Positions 1-12,300 of a DNA stretch of 64,000 nt are shown one piece after another. Source of the DNA: Penicillus capitatus (lineage: Eukaryota; Plantae; Chlorophyta); the NCBI GenBank assembly GCA_965649825.1, contig OZ287700.1, positions 806,001 to 870,000 of the forward strand, written 5' to 3'. A program made the translations under genes and the position numbers. Under the pieces are notes generated by a model, which saw nothing but the letters and a program-made list of their open reading frames with translations, ran no database searches and was not told the origin of the DNA. Within the stretch, counting starts at the first letter, position 1. Each line of letters begins with the position of its first letter.

Positions 1-3000
1 AGATACTGTGATATGATGTGTCAGATATCAGACAACAAGGACCTTCAGATTCTTAAGCGGCTTGAAACGCACCACTTTGCGGTGCCGAACAAACTCCAGA
101 TAGGACGCAGCTGTCGGGTAGGGAATGATCTGCTCGGTCGCCTTAGCCTCGGTGACGCGTTTTTGGACAATGATGATGTCACCTTGGATGAGCTGACACT
201 GCGATGAAAGAAGAGTGAGATCCATCCAGTAGTAGAATATGATGAGCATCTCACCTGTAATACTGTGTGATCAGGTTGCACGTGGGAACATATGACCTGG
301 GGATAAGACTTCACTTCTTCGAATCCGATGATATCTGCGTTCTGTGGAAGACCTGCCAGTTTCTTCGCCTTGTCCAAAATTCTTTGAATCTGCATCGTCC
401 TTTCTACATAGAGATGTCCAATGTACAAAAGCTTTTCGAGTTCTGGATCATAGTGCTTGAAGAAGAGGAGAATCTCTGTCTGCTGCAACGGACGCAAGAC
501 ATCGCCGACGTCCGGCGATTCCAGGAAGAGCTTGACTGTCATCAAGGCGGTCTTCTCGGATTCCGGTGGGAGATTCCTCTCTCTGAAAGGTACGAGATCC
601 AGGACGGTCTTGATCTCGCCAGACCCCGTCTCCAAAGGCTTTTCAATTCTACTGGTCCCGTTCTGACGAAGTGTCCATGACCAGAAGCGCTGGAGATGTT
701 TGTCAACGCCAAAGTCTCGGCTGACCATCTCTTTGAAATCTTCGAACGGCGTCTTCTTGTGCACTCTGTAGTGCTGAACACGGTCAAAATCCACCAAGTC
801 AAAGTAACAGCTCTCCCCCAGCTGTTCAGCAAAGTGCCTTTCGCACGCCAACTTGATCGTGACGTACAGATGCCCCTCTCTTTCCTCTTGCTGACGCCTC
901 TCCTTCCTCGTGTGCTCAGCCTTACAGTATTTTATTTCGTCAGTCAAGCATCTCCACGAGCAGCCTCTTACTTCGAGCATTCTGCGGATGGGCTCTGAGA
1001 TGTCTTCTTTGCCCGTCTCGCACATGACCCAATCCCAATCTGACGCCCGAATGTAGACCAGCATGCAAGCATTGGACTGCAGTTTATGCCAGATGCGTCT
1101 CTGCAGATTCGATCTGACTGTGATTTCTTTGCCACCTGTCACATCACATCACTTACGAATTCGAACGAAGGAACACGGCTTGACCGAATTGCTTGGTGAT
1201 CGCTTGGCTCTTAGTTGCTTTTTTAACGACTTTACCGTCGAACTCGTACCATTCGTTGTTCGATCTGATGAAGGTGGAGTAGTACCAAGTATTTTGTCCA
1301 TTTGCCCATGGGCGTTCTTTGCGCACAATCACACTGTGCAGTCGATACTTGTTCACGGCAGTCTTGTCGGCGGTTTCGGAAAGCAGAGCGCGATCATTGC
1401 AGTCGAGATCCAACTCGTCATAGAACTCGTAATGGGCACTAATCTACACGAAGAGCCATAGATCCATCACGCCTGCAGAAAACAAAACAAAGCGTCGCAT
1501 ACATTGACGTTGCGATCACGGATGGGATCATAGTCATATCGCCTCAGACGCAACTGCAGAACAGGAGGGAAGCTCTCGAACAGTATGTGGCATCGGGCAT
1601 CCTGATAAGAGAGGTCTCGCTCATTCGATCGAGGTGTGGCCATTCAGAGAGTGAGATTTGACCTGGAGTCCGTGTTTGTCTGCATTGTACTTGTGTGACC
1701 CTTCCAGTATCTCCTCTGCACAGAATCTCTCCAGGGATGCGTAGACGTCCTTGCATCCCAACACATCCAACTCGATCAGCATGTACGGCTGCTTGCGTGA
1801 TGACGTGTATGGAACATTTAGACACTCCACATGTGTCGAGTAGTGCCCGACGAAGAGATCAGGGATGACAGTCGCCGCTTCTGTCCCCTGGAAAGAGCGG
1901 CATGTTGATGCGACGGAGTGTAGAATAGGTGCGACCTTCATCATCTCCTCAAGCTTCTGGTACAAGATCACTTGCACTTCTTGGATGCCACATTGTGAGG
2001 GTGCTCTACTCCATCCCCATTTGAAGGATTTTATCAGGTCTTCTGTGCTGACTCCCGAGTTTTGGTATTGTAACTAAACAGCAACAGCAGCATAGCTGCC
2101 TTTGTCAGAGTGACCACATATTGCCTGACACACCTTGTAGAAGAGCTTCTGCAATGCCAAGGGAAGGGATAGCGCTGGGTCATCCGTCTCAAGCGTTGGC
2201 ATGCGATAGACCGCCTAGGCAGTTCACCGTCTTCTTAGCATTATCCGTCACATCAAATGACCGAATTCTCACTCTTCTGAAGAGGTGAATGTGATAGAGA
2301 TACTGAAGGAGTGAGTTCACGTCACTTATGTCTCCGTTGTCCTTCAGACCCACAAATCCGGTCTGGCTGCGCGTTAGTCTGTCTGGATGCTTGTTTCTCT
2401 GCTCTGTAATCTTGACTGCCAATATCAGCGTGTCATTGACCACGAAACCGGTTCCTGGATTCTGCGTGTCGCGCACAGGAAGGAATTGAGTGAAACCCCA
2501 ATCGCGTTCGTCGCTTGTAAACTCATGACTCTCCTCTGGACACAGAAACGAGTGAGAGCTCGCAGTGAGTAAAATCCCAAACCGTGTATGATGGACTTCG
2601 AATCTTGTTTCTGATTGACAGCCACTAGTTCAAAGTGCGCATTGGGACAGAGCTGCCGTGGAGTGAATGGCGCTTCTGGGAAATCGAGATAGACACTCAC
2701 GAAGTCTCTCTCGTTCACACTCTCATTGCCTCTCGGAAAAACTAACAAACGCCTACGTGCGCCCTCTTGAAGCAATTGTGACGACGAAAGACGGATGTAC
2801 CAAGTGTATGTGTCGAAATCGAATTCAGGTGAGGAGAGCTTTTGTTCTTCGATCTGCGAAAAGTTCTCTACGCGCCACTGCGAACGAGCGCACAGCGTCG
2901 AGTTTATCTTTCACAGAGCCAGTGGCTCACTATTGCGTATGTTTCTAGCCACGCCGGCAGTTCTCCCGCCGTCGCTGCTGCGTCCGTTACACTGACTGAG

Positions 3001-3251
3001 TCTACGACAGTGACGCCGCCTCGTGTTTTGCGACGCCCGATGCGTCACTGTCTTACTGTTGTCCATCTCCGCACCGGTCTCTCCATTAGTCGGTGAGGTA
3101 GTTCTTTGTCCTTCCCTGCCTCGACGGGGCCGTCTGTGCATCGTGATTCAAGCACCTCGGATAACTTCTCTTGGCAAAAGAGTAAACGACGATGTGAAAT
3201 GATGTCACGCAAACGAGTGTCCGTCAGTTCTTCGTCCAACGGATGAAACAC
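1..3251 (-). CDS. UBP12/UBP13 (USP7)-like protein: MATH + USP domain + UBL region; multi-exon, runs off the left edge; 5' start uncertain; catalytic motifs degenerate
   Basis: Spliced exons give MATH (WRVENFSQ..RLLVFPRGN..VSVYLD..DWGFTQF), USP segments (IELDVLGCKDVYAS..FESFPPVLQLRLRRYDYD; YRLHSVIV..FIRSNNEWYEFD; NACMLVYIR) and a USP7-like UBL region (QRFWSWTLRQNGTSR; ILLFFKHYDP); GT-AG introns of about 50 nt. Confidence 0.88.
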
Positions 3252-3429
3252 AAAACAACTTCACGCCATGCAGAATAACGCCGTCTGTTAATCGGATGTA
3301 ACGGCCACGGAAGTTGGTTCGAGGAAGCTAGCTGCTGAGTCACAGGGAACAAACGGCTTTGTGTTGTTTCGACCGAGGGCCTGACTGATGTGTTCCTTTT
3401 CTTTCTTCTCCTGCGATTCCTGCTACATG

Positions 3430-4170
3430 ACTCTGTTCTCCACATCGCAGCCGAGACGAATGCGCTGCGTAGCACAGTCTCGGCAGCAGAAGACGAAAAT
3501 CTCCGAGTCGGGATGGATGCCGCTGTACGCTTCCTGTCCTGAACATTCCCGTGGGAACGCGTTTACACTCGCTGTCCGCAACAACTCCAGACAAGGCGAT
3601 GAATGCGGAGAAAGAAAGAGACATGCGGATGGTGGTTCAACAGACTTCAACTTAGAAGACGAAGAAGGCGTACAGAGAAGCAGGAACGCACAGAAAAGTC
3701 GTCATTGTTTGCTTTCGTAGGCAAACACGATGGCCTCCTCGCGTGTCCACAGCTGAAGTCCTTTTGCCGAAGCGGGAGATTTGACATGTGTTTTTGTTCC
3801 TTCCATTTTCCTCCGACCCTCGGCGCTGCTGTGACCGACATCGACGGAGAGGATAGGACTCCCTTGCATGCTGCCTATCAGAACGGATACGTCAAGATCG
3901 CAAGAGTGCGTTTGGGTCTGTCGAACACCGTCACCTTTCTCACTGTTGTTGTCCTCAGCTTCTCATCAGAAAGGGAGCGCAAGTGAATGTTGCCGACAAT
4001 AGTGGATGGACTCTAATGCACGAGGCATCAGATCACGGTCATACGGAGATCGCCTAGGCAGAATCTTCCACGATAACTCGCTGTTTGTGAGAACGTGATT
4101 GGTGGTTTCTAGACGCCGCCGCCGCCGCCGGAGCAGAAATGAACGTTAGTGATGGGAAATAAAAGAATCC
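3430..4170 (+). pseudogene. Ankyrin-repeat gene remnant
   Basis: Ankyrin-like motifs ESGWMPLYA, DGEDRTPLHAAYQNGYVKIA, ADNSGWTLMHEASDHGHTEIA* (in-frame TAG at about 4055) and AGAEMNVSDGK*. Confidence 0.55.
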
Positions 4171-4721
4171 GTTTCGCATTGTGTGTCGAAATTATCGAAA
4201 TCGCTGGACCGAGAAAAGCCGTCAGTCTTAAAAGATCGCCTCTTCGATTCTAATTGAAAAAACGGTTGTGAAGAAATCCGTTGTCGAAGTGATAAAGAAG
4301 CACGTGGTAACGCTTTCGATCACTCTGCCTCGCAAACATTAGATAATCTTGCTTAAAGACTTGCAAATAACTGCCTTGTTACATGATTGTGTGCGTGGGT
4401 ATCTAGTATACCCACTTTTAACGTAAGTGGAGTTTTCTGCGACTGCTTGCAATCAAGACGACTGGCTGTATAGATGCATCCCTCCTCAATCTCCAACACG
4501 TGCGTTCCGAACGTTATTCGCTACAAAGTAGGGTCTGATTCTAATCGACCAATCGATTGCAACGTATCGGCGGCGTACGTGAACGTTTTTCACAACTCTG
4601 TGCTATGTTCAAGGATGGTATCCATTAGTGTCGGCTCAAACACGTGAAGCCATCGCCACGCATACAATCTCCAGATGCGATTCTCACGAGTAACAGGCAA
4701 TTGCACGAGAGCCTCAGAGCG

Positions 4722-4958
4722 ATGCCACTCGAGATTCAGTATTCCGTGAGTGGAGTGGAGAAGCGAAAAAGTCAAGAGGATGCACAATATAGACCAGAGT
4801 TCATTAGATCTTGCGAGCGAGCACTCCCTTTGACAGCTGACGAGGTTACGGATTCCTATCTTCTCACGAAGGCGAGATTTCCCAAGAGAAACTCAGAAAT
4901 TGAAATCGGATTAATGAACCTCGGCATTGCGCCTGAACTCTCGACCCAGGATGTCTGA
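4722..4958 (+). CDS. 78-aa ORF of unknown function just upstream of MOCS2A
   Basis: ATG-started ORF MPLEIQYSVSG...ELSTQDV with protein-like composition; no family recognised. Confidence 0.25.
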   Translation: MPLEIQYSVSGVEKRKSQEDAQYRPEFIRSCERALPLTADEVTDSYLLTKARFPKRNSEIEIGLMNLGIAPELSTQDV

Positions 4959-5094
4959 ACACACGATCTCACGGCGACCGAACTGCCGAGAGTCGACCGA
5001 CCGCATCGTCGACTCGGTGAAAGACCACGGAAAACGCCTCCGATGTTAACGATCTCATTGAGGCCTATCTGTCGAATGACGGTAATGAGACAGT

Positions 5095-5349
5095 ATGTTC
5101 GTCGTCGTTCGGTTCTTTGCACGCAGTCGCGAGCTGGTCGGCGAAAGGGAGATAGAACTGGAGCTCGATTCGAATCAGCCTTCCCTGCAAGATTTTGAAA
5201 CGAAGCTTCTGGAGCAGTATCCTGTTCTGAAGGAGATCTGGGAGAGTGTCCTTCTGTCAAGGAACTTGGAGTACGTATCCAAATCGGATGAGCTGGAACT
5301 CAAAGAAGGCGACGAGATGGCAATCATCCCACCGATTAGTGGGGGATAG
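5095..5349 (+). CDS. MOCS2A: Molybdopterin synthase sulfur carrier subunit (MoaD/Cnx7), intronless
   Basis: 84 aa; VRFFARSRELVG at the N-terminus and LKEGDEMAIIPPISGG at the C-terminus with the diagnostic terminal Gly-Gly. Confidence 0.95.
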   Translation: MFVVVRFFARSRELVGEREIELELDSNQPSLQDFETKLLEQYPVLKEIWESVLLSRNLEYVSKSDELELKEGDEMAIIPPISGG

Positions 5350-5360
5350 TCCGATGCTCG

Positions 5361-6662
5361 TTACAGTCTCGCGCTCAGCGAGGCCACCAACTGATGATGC
5401 ACGAATTTTGTATCGTATGCCATGTCGTACCTAAGACAACCACTGCAACATCTGCTGCCGCCATCGATGGAACGCACCAGTAGTTAACCGCAATGACGCT
5501 GCGGCTCTCTTTGTGATATTGAGTGACATAGTGGTACCATAGACTCGGGAGGTACAGGAGCTCGCCCTTGTGGACGGTGCACGTTAGAGGTGGCGGCTGA
5601 TTCGGCGAAGCGAATCGCGGCCATTTCTTCGCTGCATCGGAGGCATCTGGCTCCACAGGACTCCAGATGACGTCCTTCCTGGGAGATGTCAATCGAGCAA
5701 CGAGTCTGCCCTCGGCGTTGGGCTGATAGACAGCATGAGGGTAGCTACGAAAGTGCAATCGATTTTCGGCGCATGGAGGCATCAGCAGAAATCTCTTGGC
5801 GCCCTCCACAACGACATAGATGTTCTCGTAGTGATCTGCGTCAGACATACATGAGGGTGAGAACCTGTCGACGCTGAATACCAGGCGACCTTTGTGAAAT
5901 GAAGTGACGCTTCTCTCATTGCCGATCCACAAGTTGACCGCCTCGGGTGGACAGCCAAATGCCGCTTCTGCCCACGATGGGCCACAGATGCGAACATCTG
6001 GTGCCAGTTCAGGGAAGAGAGTCCGCAGACTGTCGTTCTGAGGCTGTGTCCACAAATACGCACACGCCTTCGAAACCCATACGGCATTCGCAAGGCACAC
6101 TTGGAGATATGCCACGGTTGGAGCGTGCTTATCGTGCAGATGTCGTAAGAACGCATCAAAGCCCATCCTTTCTTCGTGGGGCTCTGCAAAGCACTCGATG
6201 GACTGGCCGGACTCATCGACTGACAGGAAGAGATGACCTATGTATCGTATCGAGGGAGGCTTTACGAACCTGTCGTCGCGACGGCATCCGCTCGGCCATT
6301 CGGAGTCATAGCCACAGGGATCTCCTTCGATCCCAGGCACTCGATCAGTGATGCGTCACTCCATCTGTCAAGACACGGCCAGTCTTCCAAACAATCTGTA
6401 AAGCAGACGAGTGGCCTGCGCGGAATGCCGTGTCTTTACGGCTGAGTATGACAGGTTTGTTTCGCGAAACGTAATCGCGTTGAAAGGCAAGTGCTGAGAG
6501 TGGTCCGCGCCGACGTTCGATGCCACAAGTAAACTCCAGTGCTGCAGGCGTGACGCGCTGTTTCGGACAAGAGCACTTTGTGTGGAGGGTACCGTGGAGG
6601 TCCTGCTGCAGTTTGCTGAGTGCAGCGGCGAGAAATGATTTCTCTTCTTCTGCTGCGTACAT
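5361..6662 (-). CDS. JMJD7: JmjC-domain protein, JMJD7-like (multi-exon)
   Basis: FQRDYVSRNKPVI, VAMTPNGRADAV, PEAVNLWIGNERSVTSFHK/DHYENIYVVV and GELLYLPSLWYHYV (Fe-binding H-x-D/E..H), then VIAVNYW/YDMAYD; stop at 5361-5363; start codon uncertain. Confidence 0.9.
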
Positions 6663-7749
6663 GACGGCATCGTGGCTATCGACGGCGGGCAATCCCAAAT
6701 GCGAAGAGCTCTTTCCTCTCTTCTTGTCCCGACGACCACGTGGGTACAGAAGACGGCTGGCCGAGTACTGGTGAAGTCAGATAGCCAAACCCCGGTCCAT
6801 GCGGACATCCCAAAGCGGCGTTGAGTTGAGGGGTGTCATCACAGCATCCATCTCTGCATGTGTTGTATTCGCATTCGTCATCTCAAAGACGACTCAATGG
6901 TATTTCGAATGCTTCTCTGTCAGCCGCTTTGTATCTTCTGAGATGGGGAATGTATCAACTGTCATCTGTGTGTCTCCTGCTTCCCTTAGCACTCAGCGTC
7001 GCGTTTGGGATTGTTTACGGTATAGAGAATGTTAAACGGCTTCTTATCAGCGTCTAGGACAGAAAACGACATCGGCGACTATCTCTTTACATTGGACATT
7101 CTCAGTTTTGGGCCTTACAATTGTCATTTGGCCGCCATGTAAAGAACAGAGTGCGATGAGACAGGAGCAGAAATGAACGCGACAAAGAGAAAAGATGGTC
7201 GGCCAAGAACAAACGCGGAGACAAGTCGGCAGGTGAACATTCCGTTTTTGACAAAACGCTTTGCATGAACCAATCCCTTTGGTAAAATAAGAAGAATAGC
7301 CAACTGAGCCGAGGATACAGTCTCTTCCCCGTCACTATGATGACATCTGGCCTTAGTACTGACGGCCTCGCGTTTCTTAACGATGAGAACAGAGGCCACA
7401 AAAGCAAAAGTAGGTGATAGGTCCAATCGACAGCATTCCAGATTCGATCAGGGAAAAGCAAATGATCGACAAACACGATAGTTCCCTGATTGGGCGCTCA
7501 ATGCCGAGCTGTGATGATTGAATCGTGCTATCACAAGAAGAAGATCTCATCTGACTTTAGAAACCATTATTCTCAGGTCACTCACTGACAGTTTGGCGAA
7601 AACATAACAGCGGCAACTGGCTGTTTACCAGTAGAGAATGCCTATCTCTCTTTGCGAAAAAATCAATAGAGTCAGAACTTCGAAAGTTGAGAAGAGCTCA
7701 GTCAATCACTTTTGTGGGAACTTTCAGATCGATGTCTTCAAAAATCTTC

Positions 7750-9350
7750 ACTGGAGGCATGAGTAGTCTCTCCTATGACACGAGATGAACATCTGCCGAT
7801 TGGAGGCGACAAGAGCTTACTTGGTGGAAAGGGATTAGTTCACTGCAACTAAGGCCTGTGCCAGTCGCACGCTAATCTGGCATCCGCATAGGGAGTGTGG
7901 GAGAGTTTTGTGGGTGAGTGAGCCAGATCGTCTCCAGTGTGGCTTTCGGACCCGACGCGCTGCGCGGACATGCAGTTAGATGGTCCAAAAAGGGACCGAT
8001 GACGACGGCAAACAAAACAAGAAACTCCACAGATGCAAAAGCAAAGAGAGGAGACAGGCAGAACACACAGGAAATCTTCTGAGACAGTGATGATGAAGCC
8101 ATTCACTCGAAAAAACAAAGAGAATGCACAGTGAGAACACAGACTACTTAGGGGCAACGGAGCAATTGAGAAGCAAAGGCAAGCAGAAGGCAAGAAAAGA
8201 CAAGGTATGCAGGGGTACGGTACAATCAGATGAGCGAGAATAAAGATATCAAGGAAACTCAAGAAAGAGCCACAGAACAGAATATTCATAGCTCAAGAGG
8301 ACAGGTAAACAGCGAACACAGAAAAGGCTCCGTTGCCGGGGACGAGGAAACGGGCATCCAGGGATAAGAGAGAGAAAAGGGAACGGAAGAGACGGCCTGG
8401 ATGCCGATCCGAAAGCCATCACCGAAGCGCATATCCAGCCACACTCTGGGTCTTTGCCACTCCCTTGCGGATGTCCAGCTGATCTTCTTCTATCCAGTTC
8501 TTGCGTGCCCGACCATCCCCCTGATCACATCGATGAGCCAAATGCAAACACAGATCTCTAGATCGGATTACCTCTCTGGCAAATGTCGCAGGAGATCGTT
8601 GTCTGTAGACATCTCTTCTGGACATGTCATCATTAACCCCATCTAGAATAGAAAAGTGAGGTGTGACATTTGAGTGGCATAAGGACATACTTGTGGCAAG
8701 CGGCGCCGCGCGATGCAACCTGGCAGAGTACCAGTGACCTCTCCCAAAAAGCAGCCCTGGGAAGAGTGAGAACTCCCAGTGTGATCGGCGAATCATCCGT
8801 CTCAGGAATCGTCCAAAGGATTCGCCGCGCTGCGCGGACATGCAAATAAGAGGTCCAAAAAGGGACCAGGCACACACAATGAATGAAAACACAAGAAAAT
8901 GAAAGAGACGGAAACAAAAGCAAGAGGAATAGGATAGAAGAAACATTAAAGTGACACTTGCAAAAGACAGTTTAAACAACATGAAAAGGAAAGGTAAAAA
9001 TGAAAGACATGCAATAAGGGACAACAGAATCAGCGACAGGCACAAGAAAGGAAAACACAATCACAGAGTAGGAAAATCAGAAAAAAAACACACAAAGAGA
9101 AAACACAAATGCCGATTCCGTTGTCCAGATCGAAGAAGACGGGCATCCAGGGGAGAAGAGAGATAAAAAGGAACAGAAGAGACGGCCCTGGATGCCATCC
9201 AAAGGACTTACCCGAGGTCATCAACCGAATCACGTGGCTGCCCAATGTCACGGTCTCTGCTCTCCCTGTCGCCCAGCCATCCTCCCTAATGATAGCGGCT
9301 GCCGCTGCCGGGGGTGTGGTCGAGTAGATCGTTTCTGCTAAGCTGTGAGC
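7750..9350 (-). repeat. Module A, copy 1: spliced-looking tail with two paralogous hairpin-bounded introns and a conserved core
   Basis: Homologous to 21306-23060 and 54200-56000; GTAAG donor at 9211; GGCATCCAGG/CCTGGATGCC and GGTCC-AAAAAG-GGACC inverted repeats each occur twice. Confidence 0.75.
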
Positions 9351-12300
9351 ACGACGGAGTTGTTCTTCTACCTTCCGCCTCCATCAGCTGGTAGGTCAAT
9401 TTTCTGTGTCAAATCTCCTCGATAGATGTCTTCTTCTCTTGCAAGTCTGTCATCAAGTCAGTTCACGATTTGGTCAGAAAGGTGAAGAGGAAGTGCCTCT
9501 TAATAAGACCCTCCTAAAAATCGTTCTCTTCCTCTGACACTTCTTCTTCCTTATCTCAGCCTAATAGAACTGTGTCAATGAGCACAAGAGCAGATTTCGC
9601 ATTCTTTACCTGCAAGACATGTCACTAGGGATGCTCGTGTTGTCAAGTGGTTTCTCATCTCTGCTATTGTCAGAGAAGAGACCATCAACTCATCTCCTTC
9701 TATGTGAAAGGGCGGTCGTCACTCTTCCAATCCTCCTGGAGTCTTATATGCGTTCTGAGGATGCATCAGCAATGTCTACCAAGTCTTCGGATCGATAAGC
9801 CACATCCATGCTAAACTCAGATAACCGGTTTGTCTACATTCCCAGACACACTCCTCTGACGAATCGGATAGTGGCGCTCTGGAGGAGAGTGATGGAGTAC
9901 ATCCACATCTGTTTCTACACAACTGCGATGCAATCATCATCTAGGCTTAGTCTGCAACAGCTGGACTCTGACCTGGCGAACTGGCCGCGGGAATTCTCTC
10001 GATGTCCCTCTCATCGGAACCATGCCTTCTTTTGTTTCTGTACCAGCACGTCCTTTACTGTCAGATTAGATTCGTGTCATCTCTTGTTGAGTTTTTACCT
10101 TTTCATCTTCGTTGGAGGGAGGTATCCCTTTTCGAGGAAGCACTAAATGTAGAGATGGCATTGATGTATTTGAGATCTTGTTTGCCGTCATCGAGTGTCC
10201 ATACTGTGGTCGGTCCTCTTCGGTTCCATGCCGAGTCTGTGAGACACAGGCTACCTCAGTGCAAAGGTGACAGCGAACATACCTGGAAGGAAACAGTCAA
10301 TCTTCGTCCAGGTCGGGCAAGTCTCTTGATCCCATGGAGCCTGTGGAGTGCTACTAGACTGATCCTCATTTCGGATAAGAATTCATTGTTCCGGCAGCAA
10401 AGCTCATTCGTTTCTCACGATCCTGCAGTCAAACTGTTTTGCTTGTCCATTTGCGCGAATCTCCAGAGTTCAGAGTTCCCATGCCCCGGAAACAGATCGA
10501 GGGCACCCTGATAACTGCTGGCAAAGGATACTCTCCAGTCTGCTTCCTGATGCATCCAGTCTTCCGGGATGCGATCAACGGCCTTTGAGTGCATCATCAT
10601 TGTTGTCTGATGATACGTGAATTCAGTCGATGCAGGCCAGGTCTCTCTTTCTCTGTTCAAATCAGAGTGGCATCGTCAGTTGTCATCTGTCTTCCAAGTC
10701 TTCTACTCCTTATCACCAGTCCAGATTCCAGAGCACTCACGGCGCCACGACGTCACGAGATCCAGGGTTTCACTTTCATGTATCCATCAATCACGCCAAG
10801 CGTCGTCGAGATGAATGCCGCTGTTGGTGAATCCATCTCTTCGTAGGAGGACGATGCATCGATTCTTTGTGGAAAGGACTCGATCCAAGGTATCTTCTCT
10901 CGACCCAGCGCTCTCTGTCACGCAGCCAGTCCACTGCTGCCACGTCTTCGACATTATCTTCTTGAAATCCCTGTCAAATCGATAATGCAGGAGAGGAGCA
11001 TGAGACATCCTTAGCCTACCTTGAGAATTGTGTTGCCGAGTACAGGATTCGGTGCGCTGACATGCTCGTCAAGGAGATCCTTTGTCAGGAAAGAAGTCCG
11101 TTAGCAGAAAGTGATACTGTGATCCAATGTCGACTTCGCATCGGATACAACTGAGCTCGAGCAGGAAAGACGCTGCTGAGTGCCTTGCAAGCTCGACGTT
11201 CTTAGACAATTGGTCTTTCTGCAGAACAGAGCACAATTAGCATGACATATCAAAATGAAAGATAGTCTTTGGGAACCTTAGATTCGCTGACGGAGGGAGA
11301 CATAATGTGAGATGTCATAAGCTTTGCAGACTGGATTATCGATGCAGATCTCTTGTGCATCAAGATGATACCTTGTCCTTCCTCTTCAGCAGAGATGTCT
11401 TCAGCCTTGTCTCGTTCCTGGAATGGCATTTGCTCTCAGTGCATGCGCCGTGTCTGATAAAATCTCGTTACCGTGCGAATGGTGACGTTGGATTGCCGAT
11501 CATTCTTTTCTGGATATCATCTCTGCGGAATGCATGAACATAATCCAAACCTCTCTTTTACCTGGTTCCAAATCTATGCACTCGATGATCATAAGAGGGC
11601 GTTACCGTACCTCGATGTTCCACATGACGGCTGTCTGGCCGATTCTCGTCACATTTATCTACACCTGCAATCTCTCCTTCGTATCCAGCATGCAACACGA
11701 AGCGAATCTGCTTTGTGTTTTCATGTCCTAAGAAAACCAAACCAATGATGCATTCATCCTTGTAAAAGGAGGAGGAACAACTCTTCAGAGAAGAGCCCAA
11801 GCCTGAGAAGTCACTCTGGACGAAAGACTCTCTGTCACATGGTCAGAGTATTGCTGCTTCTCTTCCTTTAAAGTCACACTTCTGACATGATTGTCTGACA
11901 ATCAGAAAACAAAGAAACTGTAGCTTACCATAAGAGTCTTGTCGCTGAAAGAGTTAGCTTTACACGTTGACATGCTCAGCTAAGAGCCTTTCGGTCAAGA
12001 ACGACCTCCATTCGTCGAAACTGATTCTCCCAACTGATGTCACTGCCGATGCAAATGGTCTCGAGAGTAGAAACTGACTGCGGTGCATGTAGACAGCTCT
12101 CTTCACTAGGCTATCCTTCCTCGCTCATACAGTAACTGTTTTCTGCAGAGCAGATCATGCTCGGTCGACATATCAAGGAGACAGGTGTGCTTCTGGAACC
12201 TTGGATTTGCTCACGGCTGCGGTATATCAAGAAGACATGCTTACGAGCTTAGGAGAATGAATTGTCGATCCAGATCTGTTGCGCATCGAGATGAAACTGT

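Noticed and set aside
7749-7760. CACTGG at the left edge of copies 1 and 2 (also 21306) as a CACTA/EnSpm TIR
   Set aside because: Weak homology continues to the left of the motif, it is absent in copy 4, and no matching TIR was seen at the other end
8419-9060. Long hydrophobic ORFs in module A (also 7849-8289, 21373-21834, 21990-22757, 54300-54695, 55158-55508) as membrane proteins
   Set aside because: They run through CT-rich intron-like sequence, and the frames are not conserved between copies
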